Origin: Planctomicrobium piriforme
GTDB taxonomy: Bacteria > Planctomycetota > Planctomycetia > Pirellulales > UBA1268
Assembly (NCBI GenBank): GCA_945869735.1
Contig: CAMBPQ010000011.1
Location: forward strand, 1,023-65,022
DNA length: 64,000 bases
Direction of reading: 5' to 3'
The position numbers and the translations under genes are program-made. The notes beneath the pieces are model-generated. The model had not been told where the DNA came from, did no database searches, and saw only the letters and a program-made list of their open reading frames with translations. This document shows positions 37,199-44,984 of the stretch, piece after piece. Position 1 is the first letter of the stretch. Each line of letters starts with the position of its first letter.

Positions 37199-37948
37199 AT
37201 GATTCTCGGCAAGCTCTGGAAGGCGCTCGCGGCCCAGATGAACAAGGTCGCCAACTTCTTTTGGACGGCCGACCCGATCGCCCAACTGCAGTACGAATAC
37301 GACAAGGCCGTCGACCAGATGAAGGAAGGCCGCGAGGGGCTCGAGCAGTATCGGGCGCTCGTGGAGCGGGTCACGCGGCAGGTCAACGGCGACCAGCAGC
37401 ACGTGGCCCAGCTGGAGGCGCGGATCAAGGCCTACCTCCAGGCTGGCGAGCGGGAGACTGCCTCAAAGTTTGCCCTGGAACTGCAGGCCGCGAAGAAGCA
37501 GCTGGCCGAGAACGAGGGCCAGCTCAAAATGCACGAGACCGCCTACACCAATAACGTCACCAAGATCAAGCACGCCACGAAGAAGCTGTCGGATCTCAAG
37601 ACCAAGATTCAGAAGTACGACGCCGACCTCAAGCTCTCGCGGGCCGAGGCCGAACTTGCCAAGCTCGCGCATAGTTTCAACTTCGACGTTACGACCGACT
37701 TTGGCCAGATTGAGGACGTGATCCAGGACAAGATCGGGCTCAACCGGGCCAAGGTCCGCGTCGCCGCTGATCTCTCGGGCGAGGGCCTCGAAGACATCAA
37801 GCGCGAGGAGGCCGTCGAGAAGACGATGGCCGACAATGCCCTCCGCGAGTTCGAGATCGAGATGGGGATGGTCACGCCCGAGACCGCCGGCGTGAAGGCG
37901 GACGACAAGGAACTCGGATCCGAGCGGATCACGCAGAAGACGACTTGA
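37199..37948 (+). CDS. pspA: PspA/IM30 family protein (bacterial ESCRT-III superfamily)
   Basis: MILGKLWKALAAQMNKVANFFWTADPIAQLQYEYDKAVDQMKEGREGLEQYRALVERV... is followed by continuous coiled-coil heptads, as is typical of PspA_IM30. Confidence 0.85.
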   Translation: MILGKLWKALAAQMNKVANFFWTADPIAQLQYEYDKAVDQMKEGREGLEQYRALVERVTRQVNGDQQHVAQLEARIKAYLQAGERETASKFALELQAAKKQLAENEGQLKMHETAYTNNVTKIKHATKKLSDLKTKIQKYDADLKLSRAEAELAKLAHSFNFDVTTDFGQIEDVIQDKIGLNRAKVRVAADLSGEGLEDIKREEAVEKTMADNALREFEIEMGMVTPETAGVKADDKELGSERITQKTT

Positions 37949-37988
37949 GCGAGCGTCGCGACGCGTTGAGCCACCGTAGGAGCCGATC

Positions 37989-39866
37989 GTGAGCACTCCC
38001 TCTGCATCCACCGATATGCCCCGGTCGCCGGCGGCCGCCGGGACCTCCCCGCCGGCCGCGACGGGTCTCGGCACCGGGGCGGCGACGGGAGGATCCGTCG
38101 CCTTGCCGGAATGGTGTCCGTCGTGGGCGGAGCGGCTTGGCGATGCGTATCTCTCCGGCACGAGCTGCGTTTTTCTCCTGCACGGCAACGTCCGCGACCT
38201 GGTGCCGATCACCGCGCCTGCGGCGGCCGGTCAGGCCGATACCGCCGCCTGGGGAACGGTGCCCGACTTCCTCGCCCGTGAGATGTTTGGCCGCTGGGAC
38301 ATCGTGCTGGCCTACGACGTGGGGAAGGGTCTGCGGCCGCTCGCGGGCCCCGATCCTGCCCGACTCCGAACGATGGCCCAGTGGCTGACGGAACGGCTAG
38401 GCAACGCCGCCACCTGGCCGCGTGATCCCGATCAGGCCATCGCCGCGATCGACGGGATTCTGGAGCGGAATCTGATCGATCCGCCGGAACAGCGAAAGCG
38501 GATCGCCGTCGTGCTCGACTACGCACAGTATCTCGTGCCCGCGAGCGAGGCGGGCGGCCGCTCGGGGGCTGCGCGGATGGTGCGGATTCTCGGCTGGGCG
38601 ACCAACCCGTTGCTCCGTCGCGTCAACGTCGCGATCGCGCTGCTCACCGACTCGCTCGCCGAGATGCATCCGCGGTTGGCTGCCAATCCGGCCGTGACTG
38701 CGATCGAGGTGCCGATGCCGGAGGCCGAAGAGCGGGAGCGGTTTGCGCTGACGACAGCCGCTGCGGCAGGCATGCCAGCGGAGCAACTTGACGGCGTGCG
38801 GCGGGTTGCCGCGCTCTCCGGCGGCCTCACGCTCGAGAGCCTGCGGGCCGTGGTCGCGCTTTCGGCTCGCGAGCGCACGGCCCCCGACGGACCCGAGTTT
38901 ACCGCCCGCAAGAAGGACTTGATCGAGCGGTCGTGCCAGGGCCTGATCGAGTTCATCCAGCCGCGGCTGACCCTCGACGCCGTGGCTGGCCATGCCGCGG
39001 CGAAAAACCGCCTCGAGTCCGATGCACGGGCGATCAAGCGTGGCCAGTTCGAAAGCGCCCCGATGGGCTATCTCATCTGTGGTCCTGTCGGCACCGGCAA
39101 GAGCTTCATCGCCGAGTGTTATGCCGGCAGCGTTGGGATTCCCTGCGTGGTGCTCAAGAACTTCCGCAGCAAATACGTGGGCGAGACGGAGGGCAATCTG
39201 GAGCATGCCCTCGGCGTGCTGCGGAGCCTCGGCCCGGTTGTGGTCGTCATCGATGAGGCCGACGCGGCGCTCGGCAACCGCCAGAGCGACGGTGATTCCG
39301 GCACCTCGGCGCGAGTGTTCTCGATGATCGCCCGGCAGATGGGCGACACGCGGTATCGCGGCAAGATTGTCTGGATGCTGCTCACGAGCCGTCCCGACCT
39401 GCTCCCGATCGACCTCAAGCGGCAGGGCCGTGCGGAGGTGCACATCCCACTCTTCTATCCTCACGACCAAGCGGAGATGGAGGCGATGTTCGCGGCGATG
39501 GCAAGGAAGTGCCATGTGAAGCTCGCCCCCGGCCTGCCGGGACCGATCGACCTCTCGCTCGGCCTGTCCGGCGCCGACGTTGAGAGCCTGGTGCTCGCCG
39601 CCCGCCGCCAGAGCCTCGACCGGGCGGCCGACGCCGGCCAGCCCACCCCCAACACGATCTCGCCGGACGATCTTGCGGCCGCGCTTGACAACTTCATGCC
39701 CAGCGCCCAGGGTCTCGAGAAGGAGATGCAGGAAGTGGCCGCGGTGCTTGAATGCACCGAGAAGCGGTTCCTTCCCGAACACTGGCAGGAGACGGTAGGC
39801 CAGCCCGGTGGCCGGTCCCGCCTCCAGGAGAGGCTCGCGGCGATCCGCGACGTCATTGGTTCCTGA
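37989..39866 (+). CDS. Classic-clade AAA+ ATPase with a long N-terminal region resembling a degenerate AAA domain
   Basis: Walker A ICGPVGTGKSF, SKYVGETEGNLEHAL, Walker B VVVIDEADAAL, and second region of homology LLTSRPDLLPIDLKRQGRAEVHIPL. The N-terminal half has VFLLHGNVRD where a P-loop would sit, and AVVLDYAQYL. Confidence 0.8.
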   Translation: MSTPSASTDMPRSPAAAGTSPPAATGLGTGAATGGSVALPEWCPSWAERLGDAYLSGTSCVFLLHGNVRDLVPITAPAAAGQADTAAWGTVPDFLAREMFGRWDIVLAYDVGKGLRPLAGPDPARLRTMAQWLTERLGNAATWPRDPDQAIAAIDGILERNLIDPPEQRKRIAVVLDYAQYLVPASEAGGRSGAARMVRILGWATNPLLRRVNVAIALLTDSLAEMHPRLAANPAVTAIEVPMPEAEERERFALTTAAAAGMPAEQLDGVRRVAALSGGLTLESLRAVVALSARERTAPDGPEFTARKKDLIERSCQGLIEFIQPRLTLDAVAGHAAAKNRLESDARAIKRGQFESAPMGYLICGPVGTGKSFIAECYAGSVGIPCVVLKNFRSKYVGETEGNLEHALGVLRSLGPVVVVIDEADAALGNRQSDGDSGTSARVFSMIARQMGDTRYRGKIVWMLLTSRPDLLPIDLKRQGRAEVHIPLFYPHDQAEMEAMFAAMARKCHVKLAPGLPGPIDLSLGLSGADVESLVLAARRQSLDRAADAGQPTPNTISPDDLAAALDNFMPSAQGLEKEMQEVAAVLECTEKRFLPEHWQETVGQPGGRSRLQERLAAIRDVIGS

Positions 39867-39898
39867 TTCATCGCACGCACCCACAGGAGATTTTCCAC

Positions 39899-40192
39899 AT
39901 GGCCGCCACGACCCCGTGGTTTGAAGACTCGAGTGAGACCCCGCTGATTGCTGAGTATGCCCGCAAGCTCGACTCGTTTCTCGACGCGATCGCCGACTCG
40001 GTCGTCGAAACGAAGGAGCTTGCCGAGCAGGAGAAGCGGGTGGTGACGCTGATGAAGGAGGTCGAGCCGCTGCTCTCGCCGGAGGCCCACGAAAAAGTCA
40101 CCCGGCTGCTTTGTGAGGTGACGGCCTACGATCTCATGCACGCCCTGCACATGGCCGGTCTCGCGCGTCCGAAGACGAAGTTTCGCGGCTGA
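39899..40192 (+). CDS. Small predicted all-helical protein (97 aa), hypothetical
   Basis: The ATG is preceded by AGGAG 9 nt upstream. MAATTPWFEDSSETPLIAEYARKLDSFLDAIADSVVETKELAEQEKRVVTLMKEVEPLL... It is tightly spaced with its neighbours. Confidence 0.55.
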   Translation: MAATTPWFEDSSETPLIAEYARKLDSFLDAIADSVVETKELAEQEKRVVTLMKEVEPLLSPEAHEKVTRLLCEVTAYDLMHALHMAGLARPKTKFRG

Positions 40193-40212
40193 TCTTTCTC
40201 CCGAGGTGAAAT

Positions 40213-41958
40213 ATGTCCACTCAACCCAAGGCTCCCTTCTGGCTCGCAGTGTGGGCCGTCATCTTCGGGCTCGTCGGCCTCGCCGCGTGGCGGGCGGGGA
40301 TGCTCGAGCAGTTTGGGATCGCCCGCCCGGGGGCTGCCGGTCAGCGGCCGGTCGCCGGCGGTGGCGCGGCTGCCGGCGGTGATGCTGAGACCATGAGCGA
40401 GGCCCCCGATGTGGCGGTGCCCACAACCGTCAAGGAATACACATTCAAGCCGGCCGAGAAGCTGCCCCCGGTGAAGGGCGTGAGCGGCTACAAACCGCTC
40501 GAGGACAACACCGTACGTTTCGCCCTCAATGTCTGGGCGGGCTGGGCGCCGATCATCAGGGCCAACGGCGGGTTCAAGCCGGGAAAGGTCTGGCAGTCAC
40601 CGGGTGGTAAGCCCTTCAAGGTGGAGCTCGTCCTGATCGACGACCCGGTGCAGATGCGCGACGCCTACGCCGCCGGCAACGTCCACATTGGCTGGGCGAC
40701 TCTCGACATGCTGCCGCTGTTCGTCGACAGCTTCGCCAAGGACTCGCGGATCATGCCCCGCGTCTATCAGCAGGTCGACTTCTCCAACGGCGGCGACGGG
40801 ATCGTCGTCCGCGAGTCGATCAAGACGGTCAAGGATCTGGCGGGAAAGAAGCTCGTGATGGCGCAGAACTCGCCCAGCCAGTTCTTCGCCCTCAATATGC
40901 TCGTGGCCGGCGGCCTGCAGCCGGCTGATGTCGAGATGATCTACGTCAACACCGCCTTCGAGGCCGCTGCGGCGTTCAATCGTGACAAGAGCATCGCCGG
41001 CTGCGTGTCGTGGGCCCCCGACATCTACAACTTGGCCGATGCCAAGGGCAACCGGATGCTCGTCACCACGCAGACGGCCAACCGTCTGATCGCCGACGTC
41101 TGGTTTGCTCGGGCAGACTTTGCCAAGGATCACCCCGACATGATCGAGGCCATCGCGAGGGGTATCTTCGACGGGATGGCGGAACTCAAGAGCGAGTCGG
41201 CGCGGAAGGAGGTGGCGGAGTTGATGGCCGACGGCTACACGATTCCGGCGGCCGACGCGCTCTCGATGCTTGGCGACGCCCATAGCACCAACTGGGCGGA
41301 GAACTATCAGTTCTTCCTCAACCGCAACAACCCGGCCAACTTCGAGCGGATCTGGAAGCAGGCCTACATGCTCTACCGCCGCATCGGAGCGATCGCCAAT
41401 AACCCGGTGCCCTTCGACCAGGTGATGGATTTTTCGGTGATCCAGAAACTTGGCCGCGAGCCCACGTACGCGGAGACGAAGGACGAGTACGCCAGCACAC
41501 TGTCGCCGAAAACGGTGCAGCAGATTCGTGCCGAGAACGAGGAGATTCTCACCAACACGATCGTGATCCACTTCTTTCCCAATAGCGCCGAGTTGCGGAA
41601 GAAGGTGATCCGGCGGATCGAAGGCAAGGACGTCGAGGAGCCGTACGACGCTCGGGTCGACCTCGTGATCGATGAGGCAGGAGTGCTTGCCAAGCAGTTT
41701 GGCAACGCACGGATCGTCGTCGAGGGGCACACCGATAGTTCGATGCGGGGAGCCGTACCGGCCGCGATGGTGCGGGAACTCTCGCTCGAGAGGGCCCGCT
41801 CCGTGAAGGATGCGCTGGTAGAGAAGTTCAAGTTTGACGACGGCCGCTTCGCCGTCGACGGGCTGGGCTGGGATCAGCCTGCCGATGACGACCATCCCGA
41901 CAACCACGCACTCAACCGCCGCGTGGAGATCAAGGTCTACGCAGCGGAAAAGGAATGA
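40213..41958 (+). CDS. ABC-transporter substrate-binding (NMT1/SsuA-like) protein fused to a C-terminal OmpA-like domain
   Basis: N-terminal TM/signal anchor FWLAVWAVIFGLVGLAAW and a periplasmic-binding-like middle. The C-terminal RIVVEGHTDS...LSLERARSVKDALV...NRRVEIKV is the OmpA_C motif. Confidence 0.75.
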   Translation: MSTQPKAPFWLAVWAVIFGLVGLAAWRAGMLEQFGIARPGAAGQRPVAGGGAAAGGDAETMSEAPDVAVPTTVKEYTFKPAEKLPPVKGVSGYKPLEDNTVRFALNVWAGWAPIIRANGGFKPGKVWQSPGGKPFKVELVLIDDPVQMRDAYAAGNVHIGWATLDMLPLFVDSFAKDSRIMPRVYQQVDFSNGGDGIVVRESIKTVKDLAGKKLVMAQNSPSQFFALNMLVAGGLQPADVEMIYVNTAFEAAAAFNRDKSIAGCVSWAPDIYNLADAKGNRMLVTTQTANRLIADVWFARADFAKDHPDMIEAIARGIFDGMAELKSESARKEVAELMADGYTIPAADALSMLGDAHSTNWAENYQFFLNRNNPANFERIWKQAYMLYRRIGAIANNPVPFDQVMDFSVIQKLGREPTYAETKDEYASTLSPKTVQQIRAENEEILTNTIVIHFFPNSAELRKKVIRRIEGKDVEEPYDARVDLVIDEAGVLAKQFGNARIVVEGHTDSSMRGAVPAAMVRELSLERARSVKDALVEKFKFDDGRFAVDGLGWDQPADDDHPDNHALNRRVEIKVYAAEKE

Positions 41959-42878
41959 CCACGACTCCTGTACCGTTCGCTCCGCCGAGCCCGCCACCCG
42001 CGGTGGCGGTCCAACCGTTGCGGGGCGAGGTATCTGCGGCGACGGCGGTGTTCTGGGGTGTGACCTGCATCGCGGCGGTGCTTGCCCTGTGGTTCATCGC
42101 CACCGCCGGCGAGGCAGAGATGCGGTTCATCAGCCCGGCCACGCTGCCGAGCCCCGGCGAAACGGTGTCGGCGATTCCCGATGTGTTCGGGCAGCGGCGG
42201 CTCGTCGCCAACACGCTCGTGACGCTCGGCCGCGTCTGCCTCGGATTTGGCCTGAGCGGCCTGATCGGCGTACCGCTGGGTGTGGTCGCCGCCTGCTTCC
42301 CGGCGGTGCGGTCGTTCGTGGCACCGCTTACGATCTTCGGCCGCAACATCCCCGTCGCGGCGCTCATCCCGCTGACGTTCTTCTTCTTCGGGATCGGGGA
42401 GTTCCAGAAGGTGATGTTCCTATTCATCGCGAGCGTGGCCTTCGTCATTAGCGACACGACGGCCGCCGTGCTCGAGGTGCCGCAGCGGTACGTCGATACC
42501 GCGCTGACGCTCGGTGCCTCACGGCTGCAGATCATCCTGAAAGTGCTCGTGCCCCTGGCGGCCCCGGCGATCTTCAACTCGCTGCGGCTGCTCTTTGGCA
42601 TTGCCTTCGGCTACGTGATGCTCGCCGAGGTGGTGAAACTCGGGGGAGACACCGGCGGCCTCGGCGACCTGATCAATGTGTCGCAGCGGCGGGGTGAGCG
42701 GGAGCCGATCCTGATCGTGCTCGTTGTGATCCCACTGGTCGCCTACACGATCGACCGGCTACTCTGGTGGCTGCAGTGCGATCTCTTTCCGCACCGCTAT
42801 GGCGGCCGGGGCTTGCTGCCTCGGTTGTTTCGAAGCCTCCTGCACGGGGCGGCGGGGTCCGCCGAGGCTGCGGCATGA
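41955..42878 (+). CDS. ABC transporter permease (NitT/TauT-type)
   Basis: Multi-TM protein with the EAA-like loop TALTLGASRLQIILKVLVPLAAP. It shares 4-nt overlaps with both neighbours. Confidence 0.85.
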   Translation: MTTTPVPFAPPSPPPAVAVQPLRGEVSAATAVFWGVTCIAAVLALWFIATAGEAEMRFISPATLPSPGETVSAIPDVFGQRRLVANTLVTLGRVCLGFGLSGLIGVPLGVVAACFPAVRSFVAPLTIFGRNIPVAALIPLTFFFFGIGEFQKVMFLFIASVAFVISDTTAAVLEVPQRYVDTALTLGASRLQIILKVLVPLAAPAIFNSLRLLFGIAFGYVMLAEVVKLGGDTGGLGDLINVSQRRGEREPILIVLVVIPLVAYTIDRLLWWLQCDLFPHRYGGRGLLPRLFRSLLHGAAGSAEAAA

Positions 42879-43771
42879 GCGACGTGGTGCCCCCGACGAT
42901 TCCCGCTTCACTGCTAACGGCTGCCGATCGGCCGGCAGTGGTCGAGTTCCTCGGCGTGACGAAGATTTATGGCCAGGGCAACCCGCGCGAGTACGTGGCA
43001 ATCTCGGACGTGACCTTCACGATTCCCGACGTGGTGGATCACGGCGAGATTTCGTCGTTCCTGGGGCCGAGTGGCTGCGGCAAGAGCACGGTGCTCAGGC
43101 TCGTTGCCGGCCTCGAACCGCAGCATTCGCCGACGAGCGGCACGGTGACGGTGCTTGGCCGGCCGGTCGTCGGGCCTGGCGCCGACAGGGGCATGGTGTT
43201 TCAGGACTACACGAGCTTCGACAACCGCACGGTGCTCGATAACGTGGTCTTCGGGCTGGAGTGCCGCGGTGTGCCCCGGCGGGAGCGGGAGGCTGAAGGG
43301 CTCGACTGGATCGCGAAAGTTGGCCTCGATCCGAAGAGGGATGCGACGAAATACCCACATGAACTCTCGGGCGGCATGCGGCAGCGGGTGGCCATCGCCC
43401 GCACGCTCATCCTGCGACCGCGGGTGATCCTTATGGACGAACCCTTCGGGGCACTCGATCCGGCGACGCGGCTCGACATGCAGGATCTCCTGATCCGACT
43501 CTGGCGGGAGGTACAGGCGACCGTGCTGTTCGTGACGCACTCCGTCGAGGAAGCCGTGTATCTCGGCGACCGCGTGTTTGTGATGGCCACGACCCCGGGC
43601 CGAATCGTCGATGAGATTCGGCTGCCCGCGCCGACCCGGCCGGCTCGCGAGATCCAGTCGGAGCCCTGGTTTCACGAGCAGGTCAACGCCCTGCATGCCC
43701 GGATCGAGCAGGTTGAGGCCGCCGCGAAGCGTCCCGAAAACGGTGCTAGGCACCAAATCCAGGCCGGATAG
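42875..43771 (+). CDS. ABC transporter ATP-binding protein
   Basis: GPSGCGKST, LSGGMRQRVAIARTL, ILMDEPFGALD and VTHSVEEA. ATGA start/stop overlap with the permease. Confidence 0.9.
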   Translation: MSDVVPPTIPASLLTAADRPAVVEFLGVTKIYGQGNPREYVAISDVTFTIPDVVDHGEISSFLGPSGCGKSTVLRLVAGLEPQHSPTSGTVTVLGRPVVGPGADRGMVFQDYTSFDNRTVLDNVVFGLECRGVPRREREAEGLDWIAKVGLDPKRDATKYPHELSGGMRQRVAIARTLILRPRVILMDEPFGALDPATRLDMQDLLIRLWREVQATVLFVTHSVEEAVYLGDRVFVMATTPGRIVDEIRLPAPTRPAREIQSEPWFHEQVNALHARIEQVEAAAKRPENGARHQIQAG

Positions 43772-43800
43772 GCAGTTCGTAGCCCACACTCCCCCAGATT

Positions 43801-43820
43801 CGGTGCCAGGCACCGTTTTT
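43801..43820 (+). terminator. Candidate intrinsic terminator or attenuator hairpin plus T5
   Basis: cggtgccaggcaccg is followed by ttttt, and the next ATG is only 2 nt further on. A near-identical hairpin, cggtgctaggcacc, occurs 60 nt upstream inside the CDS. Confidence 0.35.
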
Positions 43821-43822
43821 CT

Positions 43823-44665
43823 ATGTTCAGCCGATTTAGCTCGTATGTGAAGACCGCGTTTACGACGCGATGGAATCTACTGCTCTTCGGCGGCGGCGTG
43901 GTCGCGGCGTTCATCAGCGGCTTTCCCGGTATCCTGCTGCCGTTGGTGGTTGCCAGCGAGGTCTACTACCTGGCGAGCATGCTTGCCAACGACCGCTTTC
44001 GCAGCGCTGTTGAGGCGCAGGATGCGAAGTCGCGGCGGGCCGTGGAGGCGTCAGGGGCCCGCGAGGCGTACGAACGAATCCGGAAGAATCTCCCGCCGCC
44101 ACTGCTCAAGCGATTCGATCAGCTTCGGGATCATTGCCTCAAACTCGTCGAACTCGGCGGCAGCATGCGGGGGCCGGACGGCGGCGGCCCCGACACCAAC
44201 GCTTTGGAGTCGCTCGACCGCCTGCTCTGGGGCTACCTGCGGATGATCTGGGGGGCGTCCACGCTTTCCGACTTCCTCAACCACACCGACGACGCCGCGA
44301 TCCGGGCGCGGATCGCCGACCTCGAGCGACGGCTGGCGAAACTTCCCGGAGGTGATCCGGGCTCCGCGCAGATGCGGGCCGCCCTCGAGGATCACCTGAA
44401 GACAAGCCGCGAGCGGCTCGACAATATCGAGGAGGCCCGCCGGAAGCTCGACCTCGTGTCCGCCGAGGTCGAGCGGCTCGAGGCCAAGATCGCCGCGCTC
44501 GCCGAGAGCTCGGTCGCGAAGCGGGACGTCAGCGACATCGCGAAGCGGGTCGACGAGGTGGCCGAGGGGATGCGGAAGACCGACGAGACGATGCGGCAGC
44601 TCCAGCTTCCGCCGGAGCTCGAAGACCTCGACGAGGCCCCGCCGATGCTCCGCGAGGAGGCGTAG
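43823..44665 (+). CDS. Membrane-anchored coiled-coil protein, hypothetical
   Basis: Two N-terminal hydrophobic helices (WNLLLFGGGVVAAFISGFPGILLPLVVASEVYYLA), then long E/R/L/A heptad-like stretches. Confidence 0.6.
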   Translation: MFSRFSSYVKTAFTTRWNLLLFGGGVVAAFISGFPGILLPLVVASEVYYLASMLANDRFRSAVEAQDAKSRRAVEASGAREAYERIRKNLPPPLLKRFDQLRDHCLKLVELGGSMRGPDGGGPDTNALESLDRLLWGYLRMIWGASTLSDFLNHTDDAAIRARIADLERRLAKLPGGDPGSAQMRAALEDHLKTSRERLDNIEEARRKLDLVSAEVERLEAKIAALAESSVAKRDVSDIAKRVDEVAEGMRKTDETMRQLQLPPELEDLDEAPPMLREEA

Positions 44666-44695
44666 AGAGCGGCTGCGGGCTCGTGTGGCGGGGCT

Positions 44696-44824
44696 CGGGG
44701 CTGCCCGTGCCCGTCGCCGGACGCTCGCTGCGGGCATCCTGCCCTTCGCTCGCTGCGCGGCGGCTGCGCTTCGCCATCCTGGCTTCGCTGGCCGCCGAGC
44801 CCGGCTCCCGGGCACGGGCAGCCC
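44696..44824. repeat. 17-bp perfect inverted repeat (ggggctgcccgtgcccg / cgggcacgggcagcccc) with a 95-nt spacer
   Basis: The arms at 44696-44712 and 44808-44824 were read directly. The spacer contains degenerate direct repeats (catcctgSCttcgct). Confidence 0.8.
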
Positions 44825-44984
44825 CTCGCTAGGGGCGAGAGGACGGTGGTGTTTCGCGTGTCGCCGCCGGGATGGCGGCGAGTCAGGCGCGGCGAACCTT
44901 GGCTTCGCCCCGCCTGACCCAAGCGCTGGCTTCAGACGGGCGTCCGCCCGTCGTGGCGGCAGGATGCCTGTGTTTCGCGTGTAT

